A DNA stretch of 64,000 nt from Azolla caroliniana (Eukaryota; Plantae; Polypodiophyta), in the NCBI GenBank assembly GCA_043228905.1, contig JBHGNT010000016.1, positions 5,270,001-5,334,000 of the forward strand. The letters run 5' to 3'. Shown piece after piece: positions 23,137 to 36,817 of the stretch; positions within the stretch are counted from its first letter, which is position 1, and each line of letters begins with the position of its first letter. The position numbers and the translations under genes were made by a program. The notes below the pieces were generated by a model. The model made no database searches, had not been told where the DNA came from, and saw only the letters and a list, made by a program, of their open reading frames with translations.

Positions 23137-26100
23137 ATGGTGAATCCGCGATGTTTTCTAGACATAAGCATTGGCGGTGAGCTTGAAGGCCGGATAGTTA
23201 TTGAGCTTTATCAAGATGTTGTGCCGCGCACTGTTGAGAATTTCAGGGCATTGTGCACTGGAGAGAAAAAGTCCAGCTGTGAAACTGGTTCCTGTCTGCA
23301 TTATAAGGTGCTCATAGCTTCTATATTTCAGCTGTTATGTATTGCTTAAAATTTGAGCATACTTATGGATACATATATTATTATTCTACTAGGATTCTGA
23401 GCCTATATTTGTCTACCTTGAAGGGAATTCCATTCCACCGAGTTGTGAGAGGGTTCATGATTCAAGGGGGTGATATTTCAGCTCGGGACGGAACTGGAGG
23501 TGAATCAATCTATGGTCCCACTTTTGAAGATGAGAATTTTCAGCTAAAACATGAAAGGAAGGGAATGGTATCTATGGCAAATTCTGGGCCTAACACTAAT
23601 GCCTCTCAGTTTTTCATATCGACTACCCGAGCTTCTCACTTGGATGGGAAGCATGTTGTGTTTGGGAAGGTTATAAAGGGCATGGGAGTTGTTCGGAGCA
23701 TAGAACATAGCCCTACAGATGAAGAAGGGAAACCATTTAATGAAGTTCTCATTGAAGATTGTGGTGAGATTCCAGAAGGAGATCAGGATGGTGTTATTGG
23801 GTTTTTTAATGATGCAGACACATATCCTGACTGGCCAGCAGATCTTGATGAGCAACATTCGGATTGCTCCTGGTGGATTGGTGCTGTAGATTCAGCCAAA
23901 ACTTTCGGAAATGACTACTATAAGGTTTGGTTACTTATATTTATGATAACAGTGTTTCTATTGAAAGTATGAACTCTAGAATTTACTCTGATTTTTTTTG
24001 TTGCAGAAAGGAAATTATAAAATGGCCTTAAGAAAATACAGAAAAGCTTTGAGATATCTGGATGTTTGTTGGGAGAAAGATGGTCTAGACGAAGGTAAAA
24101 TAGACACTTTCCTGTCATGACTGTACCCGTGTGTGTCTTACCTACATAATTGACATTGAAATTATTACCTCATTTTTCAGACAAAACAGATCTTCTGAGA
24201 TTAATGAAGTGCCAAGTATTAACAAACAGCTCCGTAAGTACTCATCTAATCTTTTCTTCTTGATATGTTTAGAATTTGCCTTTGATTGTGCTGTTTCATA
24301 TTGACATAGGCTTGCAAACTCAAATTGGGTGATGCAAAAGGTGCTCTTTTGGACACAGACTTTGCCACTCGTACTGGAGAAGATAATGCAAAGGCTTTGT
24401 TCCGTCGAGGCCAGGCTAGTTTATAACTTTATACTTCTTTTAGAGAGTAATGTTGTCTTTTTAAGATGGAAATTAAATTCATGAGACAGCACAGAACATG
24501 GAAAGTTTTTCTTGTCTACTATTCAGTGCTGCGTTTGAGAGATGGGTTATGAACGTGACATCCTCATAGTCATAAAGCAGTCTTGATGTTTGGTTTTTCT
24601 TTTCCAATTAGAAAAATTTAGCCATACATTTAAATTGATGTTTATGTCTTATGCATACATGTATATATATTGCATTCATCCATATCTGGGTCACTATGAC
24701 ATAAATGTAAAGAGATTTCTGTATGCATGTTGTATGGTATGGGGCGTGTCTTAATAAAATCATTTCTGTTATAGGCAGTTTCAAATTTCATGAAAGATTA
24801 TTGCTTCTAGGATCCATTTCTTCAGGCCTGAGTGAAGTGTCAGTATGTGGGTTAGGACTGTTATCTTGTCTGCACATATGGGATAGAAAGATTACTCAAG
24901 TCTCATATAATAACATAGAGTTTGATGACATAAGCTGGTAAAGAAAATAACGGCGTTGCTAACAACAACTCCAAGGAGAAAACTCGGAAATATCCATAGT
25001 AGTTTCTTTCTTTTCCCAAACGACCCTAATTTATGTCCCAGAAATACCCTAGAAATAAACAAAAGGAATAAATTGACCATGTATTTGCTCAAATAGCACT
25101 TATAATTGAGAAAACGCATATAGGATGATCATTTAAGTATCCAAACAGCACATATAGTTTCTCAATAGTTGAGTGTTGATTTTATACTAATCAAAGATTT
25201 CTCCAGTGACCATATAGGAGGGATTTCTATGAAGGAAAGCAAACAAGAAAAAGGAAATGTAAAACTGGTTAGGAAGAGTCATGTTTTTTTGTGGGCAACA
25301 AGCATTAAAGCTAACCTGGTCATTACTGTCTTTCTAGCACTTAATATGATGGTGGAAAAGCAGTAATTGAAGAATTTTATCACTACTGTCAAAATATTTC
25401 AGTGTTGAGAAATAAATGTATAGCTGTCAGTCACCAAAGAACAGCAAAAAACATGCAAAACAAATGTAAAAACGAGAACCAGATGCTGAAAGCAACTCTC
25501 AAAACTATATTATTAATGAGTCAGGGTTTGGAAATGGTATTCCTTCCAGATTTTGTGAATGATTGAGTATTCACAATTGATTAAAGATATTGCCTACTGT
25601 ATAACACAGACCTTTGCATTAAATAATTCTTTTCCTTAATGGAATCACCAAAATATATTTCACACTTGCAAAATGATTGTTGATCCATCAAAACTCGAGC
25701 CTGTAGTCTTGACTCAAGTATCTATTGCTGAGATCTTATTAATATATTCTTACACTTAGATACTTGGTAGGCTCTTTAATCAATTGATTCTCAAGCACAT
25801 CAATGCTATACCTGGAATGGTACTAATCATCTTGGTATGATGGAGAGTGATTCTGTTTTCTGTATCATTTTCATCCTAGACTTTGTATTTCTTCGTATTA
25901 CCGTGGTCATCAATATTCTGATGTCATCTCTATTTGCCATCCTAACATAATAACTCAATGCTTATGGTGACACTTGAAAAAATTGCACAGTATTAGGAGG
26001 AAGAGATGTTCTATTTATGCAAATTGTAATCTGTAATACATCGTCGTATTGATCATGCCACAATTATATAATGAAGTGTATTTGACCATTTTGCAGGCAT

Positions 26101-26661
26101 ACATGGCTTTGAATGATGTGGATTCATCTGCGGCATGCTTTCTGAAGGCTTTAGAACTCGAGCCTACTGATGGTATTAAACTTGCTAGTAGAGTCTAAAT
26201 GTGAGTAAAGACAACAAAAGGATAACTGAGATCAATGTCCTCCTTTGGTCATTTCAGGTGGAATAAAAAAGGAACTGGGGATTGCGAAAAAAAAGGTATA
26301 ACTCTTTATACCAATATATGATGTTTATATATATACACACACGGAAAGGCTCAGAAATACCCCTTAAGTATATAACGAAAAAACTCAGAATAATGAAAAT
26401 CAAGAACTTCACTTTAAATCCTGGACTTCAGCACCGGATGGGCCAATTGGGGCAATAAAGATCTTGTGCATTTGATAGTTTTCCCTCATGTGTATATATT
26501 TGAAATTGGGAGCTCAAATCAAATTTTTTACAGATAGCTGAACGGAGAGACAAGGAGAAAAAGGCTTATGCAAGAATGTTCCAGTGGTATATCTCTGATT
26601 TATTTCCCTTCGATTTGCTGTTTATGACACAGCTTAAGTGCTTCTGTCATGATTTTACAGA
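23137..26661 (+). CDS. CYP40: Cyclophilin-40 (PPIase + TPR; SQUINT-like), multi-exon
   Basis: Inferred exons 23137-23307, 23424-23924, 24007-24094, 24181-24233, 24310-24414, 26097-26172, 26258-26295, 26534-26586, 26661. Motifs [47 protein letters not shown]|[15 protein letters not shown]. 5' UTR intron 22407-23112. Confidence 0.93.
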
Positions 26662-29174
26662 TAAAGGTGAATGTAGAACCAGGAGGTTTTGGCACGGTAT
26701 TTTGAAAGCTTCAAAAGATATGTTGCAAAATCAACACTTGTATACCATGCGAAAAAATATACTTGTCATTGTTCCTGTTTTCAAGATACAGGTTATTAAG
26801 GACAATATATGCAACCAAGTATAGTAGAGAAATGTGTAAAATCTCCTGTTTGACAAACAGAATCCAGCCCTGATTGTTGAATCAGAGGTCAGCGGTCAGC
26901 AAAAAGAATTATGAAACTTCAACTCAGATTCAGGTAGGATTGCAGAGTTTTGCTAAGAGCAAATAAGGCTTATTCCAGATTTGTACTGCGAAGCAGTTTT
27001 GATAGAGATTTGTTTCGGTAATTGTAAAGAATTATTGGTACTCATGTTTTGGTTGATGGTTTCAGTTGAACTGTTGTAAATATCTCTGTTTTATGAGGTA
27101 TTAAACATGGAGATTTCAGGTTATAATCACGTTGAATTTGTGACGAATGTGAGCGGCAGATGTGTACTGTCTTGAAACTCTTATTATTCAGAATGAGCTT
27201 TTTTTGTTTGCCAAACTAGGGGGATTACAAACACTATCTGAATTGTAATGTGTTTTTTGAGAATCATGTGAAAACATAAACTAAAAGGAAGCATCACATT
27301 ATTCAAATGGCACTGTTTACCAAAACTGCACCTTCTTGCATGTGGTTTGCCCATTTACTTGGGTAGAATTTGACACTTGTTGAACATTACTTTTCCCTTG
27401 GACGCATTAGGTTCAAGCTTTATAGGTACAGATTCTGAAGCTGCTGCAGTTCTGTGGTCTTCCTTCCTCAAAACAGAATAGGTTGATATAAAAGGGGAAA
27501 CCCTGCCTATCATGGATCGGTTATTTGCAAGGACGGAGGGAAAGAAATTCTTTTGAGGAAATATGTTTTCATGATTCAGAAAGCGATCCTTGTTGTGTTG
27601 CGCTCATTGCAATAATACACGAATTAAAAAAAATAGTTACAGCAATTTGCCATGTACATTATCATTGACTCTTAAGCATGAGCATGGCATATAGTAAACT
27701 GAAACAGAATGTAGAAGACGTTAGGATTGGAAAAATTACGTTATGTGATGATTTGCTTAAATGAACAGTCTCAAAAGAGGGTTGTGTGATGTGTTGGACA
27801 AAGTGGCTAGGTGCAATTGGAGCTCACAAAAATAACAAATTACTTAATATTGTTTTGATCTCTCTTTCAGTTTTTACTTGTGCTTATAGCCTAGTGCTAA
27901 GCTACATGCTTACAAACCCATGTGTTAGAGTATAAAATCTCATTAATTGCATTAATTTTAAGATGGCAATACAGAATGAAGGTTTGAATGCATGACTGCT
28001 AGTTCCACTGAACAATATTACAAAACAATCAACTTTAACTGCCAACACAAATTCACTCCTAGTTTGTCTCATCTCCTACTTTTGTCCTACCCTAGATGTT
28101 AAATATCTTTAATTTATTCTCACTCATTGTCTCATTATTTAAGCCCATACTAATGATTAGTTGGAAAAGCTATGGCTTGAATTGGAGCACACTACAAAAT
28201 CTACAATATACAACGAAAAGGGGAAATCATTTAGTAGGAGAGATTGGTAAGAAGATGGAAATGAACCTTTCACTAAAAATATTTTTTTATCTCAATGTAA
28301 TAACATTTTTTACAATAAAAATTATGGTTATGTCACTTGCTTTGCTAGAAACCATCAAGAAACAAGGTGAAAACTTGCCATCCTTGTGATAGAAAATGGG
28401 AAATTAAACAAGCATCTCAAAAAAATTGATTGAGATGCAATTGATCAACTAACATAACTTGAGAATAAGTGAGCAATTCAAAATAATAATGCCAAATGAT
28501 ATTCCCAATTTCATAAACTTATACTTTTGAATGCTATATTTGTTCTGATGAATATAACTCTACTCTTGTTTTGGATAGAAATCACTTTACAAATCCCATT
28601 GTGTGAAAAGCAACATCCAAACATCATGTTGAGGTCTAAAAAACTCAACCTCAACCATCCTATGAACTTCAACCCAACCATCACATCAAGGATTGAAAAT
28701 CTCACTTACAATTATCATGTTGAGTTTTTTAATAGTCCCACCTTAGGTGCTCCCATTGTGTGGACATGACCCACAACACCCAACTTGACCCATAGTGTAG
28801 ACAAGGAAACTTGAGCAATTAGGCGGAGCTATAAACAACTCCCGTCATATGATTGTGGTGATCATAATGTAGAGGTAACACTACACACTTTTTTAAAGCA
28901 TAGAATCTTGCTTTCAAGCTCAACAATTTTGGCAAATAGATTTATGGAACACTTTGGTTTTCAAGGTATCTGAAAATCCTTGTAAAGCATTGAAAGTGCA
29001 TATCCCATACCATATAGCCACAAAAAGCTAATGATGTGCTAGAAGGTTGGAAATCCAATATGACCTCAATTGTTAGTATTGTTAGTGGAAATAATGTCAT
29101 ACATCTTTAGTTATAACAAACCCTATAAGGTTTATCATTATTTCCAATCTCAAATATTAGTTATAGACAAATTA

Positions 29175-29472
29175 TGTAAGAAACATGGTTATATTGTAAT
29201 TTTTGGAGAACTACCCTTTACTATGTAGGAATAGGCAATGTGAAAGTGACCCTTTGGGATTTCCTACTTGTATAAAAATGTCAAGAGCTCTTATGTAAAA
29301 GAGGCCTTTGGGCTGCCAAGTTTGGGGCTACCTTTTAGCCCTCATTATCTCCCCTTTGTGTTTACTAAGAGCCAGTTTCCTTTATGTAACTTTTCCACTC
29401 TAATTAATAAATATATAAATGTTTTTACGTAGTAATTATCACTTATTTGAGACACCTTATATGTTTCTTATA
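29175..29472 (+). mobile_element. Probable LTR (~300 bp)
   Basis: 12-bp terminal inverted repeat TGTAAGAAACAT...ATGTTTCTTATA (final ACA decayed to ATA); internal TATAAAA and AATAAA; no matching TSD. Confidence 0.55.
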
Positions 29473-32300
29473 TAGTAAGGCAATCATATTTTTTAATGAG
29501 TGTAGTGTTAGGTGCCTTAATCTTATATCAAATTAAGAATCCGTAGAGGTTTCTGGCAATTGTTTGGGATGGAAAGATAGGCGGTTTTATGTGTTGATGT
29601 GTGACATGGTCTTTGCCATTGGGGAGTGATATCCCCCAACCCCTCGGTTAGCTCACTCTGCAAAAGGCGACCCCTTGGGACTTCAGAGTGATTCAAGGTA
29701 TGAGTTCTGTTGGTCCCTCTAGGAAAATGCGATTCATCAACCACAAGAGGCCAAACAAGGAGGGGTATGTTTAGCAGAATTTCCTCATCTCCTTTCCCAA
29801 AGAAGGGTTGGCCAAAGTTGGGTAGACCTCATGCACTTCGTAAGTGATCAATCTTTGGTTAGGAAGATGTTAGCCTTGAACTTAAATTCTTGAACTAAGT
29901 GATCAATCTTTTGTTAGATCAACTTACGAAGGGCAAGGGCCGAAAGAGATTGTAGACATGATTCCATCCATCTTAAGATAGTGCATAGGTTCTCATAATA
30001 GCTTGTACCACCATGTTCACTAAATTTGTACTACCATGTTCACAAACACTATGTCCATTGCTAACTTTCACTTAGCTAGTCCTTCCACTAATCACAAGGA
30101 TCCACCAATGGGATCCCAAAATAGCAAATAGCCACCAACAAAGCTTAACCCAAACCCAACAACCCTACACACACATATCGTAATTGAAAACAACATATCA
30201 AACCCAAAACTAGTTGTTCCACTATAATCCATCCAAATAATGCTAGACTTAGTTGATCAATAAAAGAGACCCACACCCTCTAGATAAACGATCACAAGAC
30301 TGGGATGATTTTCTTACAAAAATTAAGACTTTTTTTTGACAAACTCTCCTCCCACAAACTTGAAGCAAAAGAGACATTGTGGGCATTTTAGACCTAAGGA
30401 TCTCCAATCATCCCTAGATCCTCATTTTAAACCTAAGGACCTTCAATTGTCCCTTGGCCCATTTTGAACCTTAGTGTCCAAAGGTTCCTTGCCCATCCCT
30501 AGGATCTTCCTTACAAACACACACACTCACTCACTCACTCACTCACTCACTCACTCAAACACATTACAATAAAAGACACATTTCTATTCATTCATAGATA
30601 CACTAACATAATTATATTCACACGATAACCGACAAACTATTGCGCATAAAATACAAGCACTTAATCACACATTCACACACTTATCTATATACATTTACCT
30701 ACATTAACTTGTACAAACGTACAAATAAATAATAAAAACATGTACATACTTAAACATACATTGTAACCAACACTTATACAACTAAACACATTTGCACCTA
30801 AGAACTAATTCATGCACATGCACATATTCGTGAATAATTTTTCAAGCTAGTGCATATGCTAACATTGATATCTTGAAAGAGATCCAATTCACTTGTGACC
30901 TACATTCTCAAAAATGGAAATTTCAAGTGCTCCTTGATATATCTAAGTGGGATATTATTTATCCAAAACCCTTACCAAGGACACCATCTTTTCTAGTCCT
31001 AGCCCCTAGGGGTCCCACGTAAGATGGCTCTAGCAAAGGTAAAACACTACATGTCCAATGGTTTGATCCAATGTCTTGGGGCCATGATAATAGACCACCC
31101 TTTACTATCAATGATGTTAAGTATCAATTTACATATTTTCCTATTGGGATGATATGTCATTTACATAAGTCGACTTGTGATAAACTTCAAGAACGAGGTT
31201 CTCTACAAGTGAAAGGATAGTAAGATGTACCAAGTTCATGTGTACACTCATGGATAAAGATGAATAAGAAGGTTGATCACTCATGGATGACAATCTATGG
31301 AGTTGCTACTAGCTAGCAAATGAAGAAAATAGTGATGAGGATTGCATAGAAGAGGAACATTATGGTTTAGACCACATGATATGATTTGGTCATGAACTAA
31401 GTGCATATGCTTGCTAGTGTAGACAAAATTCACCCCATCACAGCCCAATGTGGTGATGAGGATGGCTTATTTCTTGATTGCTTCATGGTAAACACAAACA
31501 ACATTGGGAAGCATGGGTCCCACAAATAGCCTAACACATGTCCACAATAAAAGCCAACTTCTCACCTCTTTAACATAATCCATGGGCGAATCACCATAGC
31601 TTTAGTTGACGTGGACACTAGTATCACCACCCTCTCGTATGAACATTGGTTACACTTGGGTTTGCCAACCTTAGTAGAATGGAATGATTCCCTCTTGAGC
31701 CTAGATACCAACATTATCTATTGTATAGGGTCACTTGCTTGTACAGTGACCACTTACACTAGTAAGACTCACATTGAGGCCTAATGAATGCATATAGGAA
31801 CCTTGTCATAATCATGTATCTTTTGACATTATTGGTGTGACTAAAGCAAGTGTATGATAGAGCCAAGTGCCCAATTGGTAGTCTTATGAATCATCGATGA
31901 TCTTTAGCCAAAACTCTTAGTATAGGGTGTAACCCTGAGCCAATTACCTTCTAAGGGGATCCTTATCAAATCCCACATCCCTTGTCATCAACGTCCCTAC
32001 AATTAACCTACATGAGGAAGATTTAACACAATTTGTTGGACATTGTGATACATCCAATGAGGTAATGGATACTTTGACAAGCCCTAGTCCACTAGTTTTC
32101 ACTTCTCCATGAACCCGAGCTCCGAGACAAGCATTGAATGAGCATTTGTGGAATCATTGCCAACGGTGTACAAGGGTACCTCAACAATGTCGCAAGTGAA
32201 GGTATTGGTGACAACTAAAATATAGCATAAAGGTAATTCCCAAAAAATGCTGAAATTCACCCAAAATCAAAACTCGCGTATGCAAAACATATAAAGTTGC
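29473..32300 (+). mobile_element. Highly degenerate Ty3/Gypsy internal region
   Basis: Retropepsin-like IHGRITIALVDVDTSITTLSYEHWLHLGLPTL at ~31578-31673, downstream of the probable LTR; many stops elsewhere. Boundaries approximate. Confidence 0.5.
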
Positions 32301-32820
32301 ACACCTTGCCTACCAAAACAATTAACGTTAAGGGCTATCCACATTAACGCGATAGGATATGTCTTATGTTGCCAATTATGCATTTGATGAACACATATTA
32401 CCCTCACCGAAACACATTGCTCCATCCAAAACCAAGAGTGCTTGTCACCCAACATGGCACCTGCCTTAATGCACTCTAAAGTGCGCACCCACGAGATCAA
32501 GGGGAATATTAAGTATTCGCCCAACTTCTTACCTCCAATGCTACAATGTGAGGATAGATTGAAGATTTCTTGTAGAATTAGAGATAGATAGATAGATAGA
32601 TAGATTATATTATTGTCTTCGGAGGTCAAATATGACCTATGAGACCAAAAATATTACATTTCACGTGATACGTGTGAAAGTGAGTAGTGACTCTCAATGG
32701 TCAAGAACTTTACCAATGAATGTTGCAATCAAGAGTGCACATTGTGGTTGTGAGAGGAATTCATGCAAGGATTGGGTTCAGTTGAAGAGATGTGGAAAGC
32801 ATATTTAATGCAAATGAGAC

Positions 32821-32822
<2 letters not shown>

Positions 32823-32872
<50 letters not shown>
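32823..32872. repeat. (CT)n microsatellite
   Basis: Directly visible run. Confidence 0.95.
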
Positions 32873-32874
<2 letters not shown>

Positions 32875-35284
32875 GTCCTAGGCTCTATACCCAATTTCCT
32901 CACCTCACTATTACTCCATACATATCCTCTTAATTTACAAGATGCCATTGTGGAATGTCTTTTAGGAACACCAATCAAAGAAATCTCTCTCCCTCTCCCT
33001 CTCCCTCTCCCTCTCTCTCATGCATTTTACAATAATGAGCCACTTTAAAGTATAGAAAGCTTCAAATAGCTTGATAGTGACGTTCCCTCTATGATTAGAG
33101 GGAATGAATGTGCTAGCCACTATTTCGAAGTGGGAAACATGACTTACTATGCATTTGAGAACATATTCAATGGTGGAGAAATTATGTATTGTGTTCTCAA
33201 GAAAACCCGCTTTGGCACATTGGTAAACCAGTGCTTCTGTATGAGTTTGAATTATAGCATAGTAGCATGCCTAAGTCTAATGAGATAGATTTAAATGTCC
33301 AAAACCACTTCCTTATGAAGTTTCTTCAAGTGAACCCAACCCACGAGTGTCATACATGTTTCAACGTCTTGAAACCATATCACTTTACGTTGAGATTATG
33401 GTCATGGAAAGGATAATCGAGTACATGCTAAAGGTTTAAAAAGAAACGTCTCATCGATTTCATAGGATCTCGTGGCAAGTAAAAATATTCAAAACAAACA
33501 CAAGCAAAATTTTGAGTTAGAAATTGATAGAATATAGAAAGAAATGGTTTGGAAAATGGGATGCATCAACATTTGCTTCATGATATGTCAATAGATTCTC
33601 TTGTGAATAAGGATTATATGCAACACCCATGTATCACACCTTGGGAACGATGTAGAGGCTCATTGTTCACAAATTATTACAAAAGTCTCACTAATCTGCA
33701 AAACCATATTATGATTGAAATGGAGAAATCACAACTCATCAATAAATGCTAGAGCACATCACTTTGACTGCCATCCATACCATTGCCCTGGCCCCCGACA
33801 CAACTCAACATACATTCTCTTTTATGTGAAACGGGGCATTAAGACACAAGTGAGGAGACTCGTCAACTATGCATCTTTGCCTAGAACATGTGTGGGAGTA
33901 AAAAAAGTATCACATTTTGATACAATGTGCAAGAATTCGACCACATACAAGTTTGTTTTGCACACATAGCAATCTGGCCTACTCCCTACACACATTCCTC
34001 TCACAAACACAATACGCACTCTCTATTGCAACTTTTATCAATACAATTCTTTAGCATCGAGAGTCACTATTCAATTACAACCACACTATGCAAAAATGAT
34101 GGAATTTTGGTTCCACACCATAATAAAATCTCTCTCTCTCACACACACACACACATTTTGGTTGTTTTGAGGTTGTGGCCAACACAATTGGGGCAAAATA
34201 AGGATGCCTACTATAACCCACTCTATAGATGAGGTTATCAGTTACATATGAAATTTTGGCAGTTCCGGAGCATGCCTAGTAGGTATAGGCTTATAGCAGT
34301 ATAAACATTCAGCCCACATAACAATATACTGATGATGCTTGGAACTCAAGATACACAGAAAACAGTGCTTGGACAATGATAGAACCAAACAATTTATTAA
34401 CATTTAAAGATGCGTCCAAAAGTGTGTGCCACTTTGAAATGATGCAAAGCAACACATTCCAATTCATATAATCAGAAATTACAGAGTGACTTATTAACAT
34501 TTCAAAGACACTTAGTGACATTCTTGGAAGGATTACTCACTCCTAGAAAGATTACACTTTTTAAATCAAAATTTGCTCTTATTGATAAATGCAGGCTTGA
34601 CATGTTCTAATTATGGCAACACAATGAGACATCAGATCCATGATTCAACGAATTTTCGTCAATGTAATCAAAACCAAAAGATCTGTTAATTGAATGTGCA
34701 GTGTGGAATCAATTAAACTTCAGACATTGAAATCAAAAAGTCTGGCCGTGAATAAAGCTAAAACTAAACACAATCGGATACATTTTGACACATGATTGAA
34801 AAGTGAAAATTTCATAAAAATTCGCTACATAAAATAAGTACATGTATTTGGATTCAGAAGGATTTGCAAACAAAGCAACTGCTAAGGGAACCCACTATAT
34901 AGAAAGCTCGCACGGACGATAAAATTCAGTATTCCAATACAAAAATAGTTATGGCTTTCCTAGGATGATGATGACAATCATTCAGTTTCTGAGAGACTGA
35001 AAGGAGCATCGTATCAGAATCCAAAATAAAATAAGCAAAGAAGAATACTACAAACATTCATCCATGTCATATATACCTAAAGATAGCATTCTATAAACCT
35101 TTTTCTTTTACTCTTTCTAGGAGTGTGTTCCAAGCTTTACATGCTTATAAGCTATGAATCTCATAATAGATGTAAGGCTAAACGATTCTCATAACAGACT
35201 TGAAAAGCAAGCAAAATGGAAAACTAACCGAGGAAATGTTATACGATCCAAAGTCCAACGAAAAAGGCTCAATAATTGACTACG

Positions 35285-36673
35285 TCATCCCGAGCGAGAA
35301 TTGGCAGGGATTCCAATAAGAGTAGTATTCTCTTCAAGATGAGACATGGTCCGCATACCTACTAGAGTAGCCAATACCCCAGGTGTGGTTCTTGCAAATT
35401 GGATTGCACATTGTGCATTGGTACGATTCTCCCCGAGTTCAGGAAACTTGGCACGGATATCAGGATTCAAGCTCCTTGTCAAATACCCGTTATCCAAGCT
35501 CGATGACGCTATGACTGAGAGGCCAAGATGATGGGCAGCATGGAAAAGAGGCATCCGTTTGCCTCGTATAGCTTGAGTGGGTTGGTTCGCCGCCTCTTGA
35601 AGCTTCCCATTGTAAGGTGCTTGGACAACCTTGAAATGATGGCCTTCTCCGGCAATCTCCTTCGCGTACGACATGAGCTCTTCGAGAGGCAGGTGTTGTT
35701 TCCCGCTCGAGTTCACGCGGAACGCATTCCATGTGGCCACACCATACGCGGTGATCTTCCCTTCGGAACACAACTCTTCCATCGCTTGGAAAGCCCCTTT
35801 CATCCGGCCCAACACCGTCGACCTCGACACCATGTTGAGTTGCGTCTCGGGGTTGTGCACAAAGTAAATGTCGATGGTCTCGAGCCCGAGATTGCGCCGG
35901 CTGACCTCGACCTGGTTTTTGAGGAACGCGGGCGAGAGGCAATGGCAACCGCCGACGAACTCCTCCCGAGTGAAGAGATTCGTGTTGATATACTTGTTGT
36001 CGATGTAGGTGTAAGGATCGATGTCTTCTCTATAATCGAACGAGAGGAAGCCGGCTTTGGAGCAAATGATGACCTCGTTACGGCTGATCACGCCTTGCTT
36101 GATGGCAAGGGAGATGCATTTCCCGAGCGCGAGCTCGCTGTGCATGGTGCGATAGTTGGATGCGCAATCGATTAGGTTAAGACCAAGGGACATACCTCTG
36201 GTGAGGGATTCGACATATTCGCGATCGCAGATGTCGGTCTCGGGGCCGCCGTAGGTGCCCATGCCGATGGAGGAGAGGACGAGGTCTCCGACCGTGCCGC
36301 CCAGGCGGAGGCTGCGGAAGTGTCCGGGGGCCGCCCGGGCCCCGATCTTCCGGGCGAAATTGGCGGTCCCGGCGGCGTCAGCGTGGCCAGGTATGAAATC
36401 GGAGGGACCAGGCGTGGGGGTGGGGGAGACCGACGCTGCCGCAGAGGAGGTAGAATAAGAATGGCCCTGTTGTTGCTTCGTTGCTTCCAAGATGGAGGAG
36501 GAGGAGGAGGAGGAAGAAGACAGGCCGATGCTACCTTGTCTGCTCCACTGAGAAGAAGACGAAGGAGAAGGAGAAGGAGAAGGAGGCGCCATTTCTCTGA
36601 GGCCTCTGGATGCTAATAGCGAGGACTGAGAAGATGAGCGCCGGAGGGCTGTGCGTGCAGCTTGGAAGGCCAT
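35285..36673 (-). CDS. Aldo-keto reductase with Ser/Arg-rich N-terminal (mitochondrial-type) presequence, intronless, 462 aa
   Basis: ATG at 36673 (MAFQAARTALRRSSSQ...). AKR motifs LSSIGMGTY, LIDCASNY (D,Y), SKAG (K), IDIYFVHNP (H), EGKITAYGVA, VVQAPYN, TLVGMRTMSHLEEN. The upstream poly-K in the ORF track is 5' UTR (GAA)n. Confidence 0.9.
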   Translation of the reverse strand: MAFQAARTALRRSSSQSSLLASRGLREMAPPSPSPSPSSSSQWSRQGSIGLSSSSSSSSSILEATKQQQGHSYSTSSAAASVSPTPTPGPSDFIPGHADAAGTANFARKIGARAAPGHFRSLRLGGTVGDLVLSSIGMGTYGGPETDICDREYVESLTRGMSLGLNLIDCASNYRTMHSELALGKCISLAIKQGVISRNEVIICSKAGFLSFDYREDIDPYTYIDNKYINTNLFTREEFVGGCHCLSPAFLKNQVEVSRRNLGLETIDIYFVHNPETQLNMVSRSTVLGRMKGAFQAMEELCSEGKITAYGVATWNAFRVNSSGKQHLPLEELMSYAKEIAGEGHHFKVVQAPYNGKLQEAANQPTQAIRGKRMPLFHAAHHLGLSVIASSSLDNGYLTRSLNPDIRAKFPELGENRTNAQCAIQFARTTPGVLATLVGMRTMSHLEENTTLIGIPANSRSG

Positions 36674-36780
36674 GGCTAATCGAATTCCTCTGCAGCAGCT
36701 ATGGAAGAAAGGGAGAGAAGCTCTGTTCTTTCTTCTGATCTTCTTCTTCTTCTTCTTCTTCTTCTTCTTCTTCTTCGCCA

Positions 36781-36817
36781 AAACCCTAGTGGCTCAAGGA
36801 AGTGTGGACTAGGGTTT
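36781..36817. promoter_or_regulatory. Inverted pair of telo-box-like motifs near the AKR transcription start
   Basis: AAACCCTAGT (36781-36790) and ACTAGGGTTT (36808-36817). Confidence 0.55.

Noticed and set aside
36674-36781. Poly-Lys N-terminal extension of the AKR in the ORF track
   Set aside because: Starts at a non-ATG codon and translates a (GAA)n 5' UTR microsatellite.
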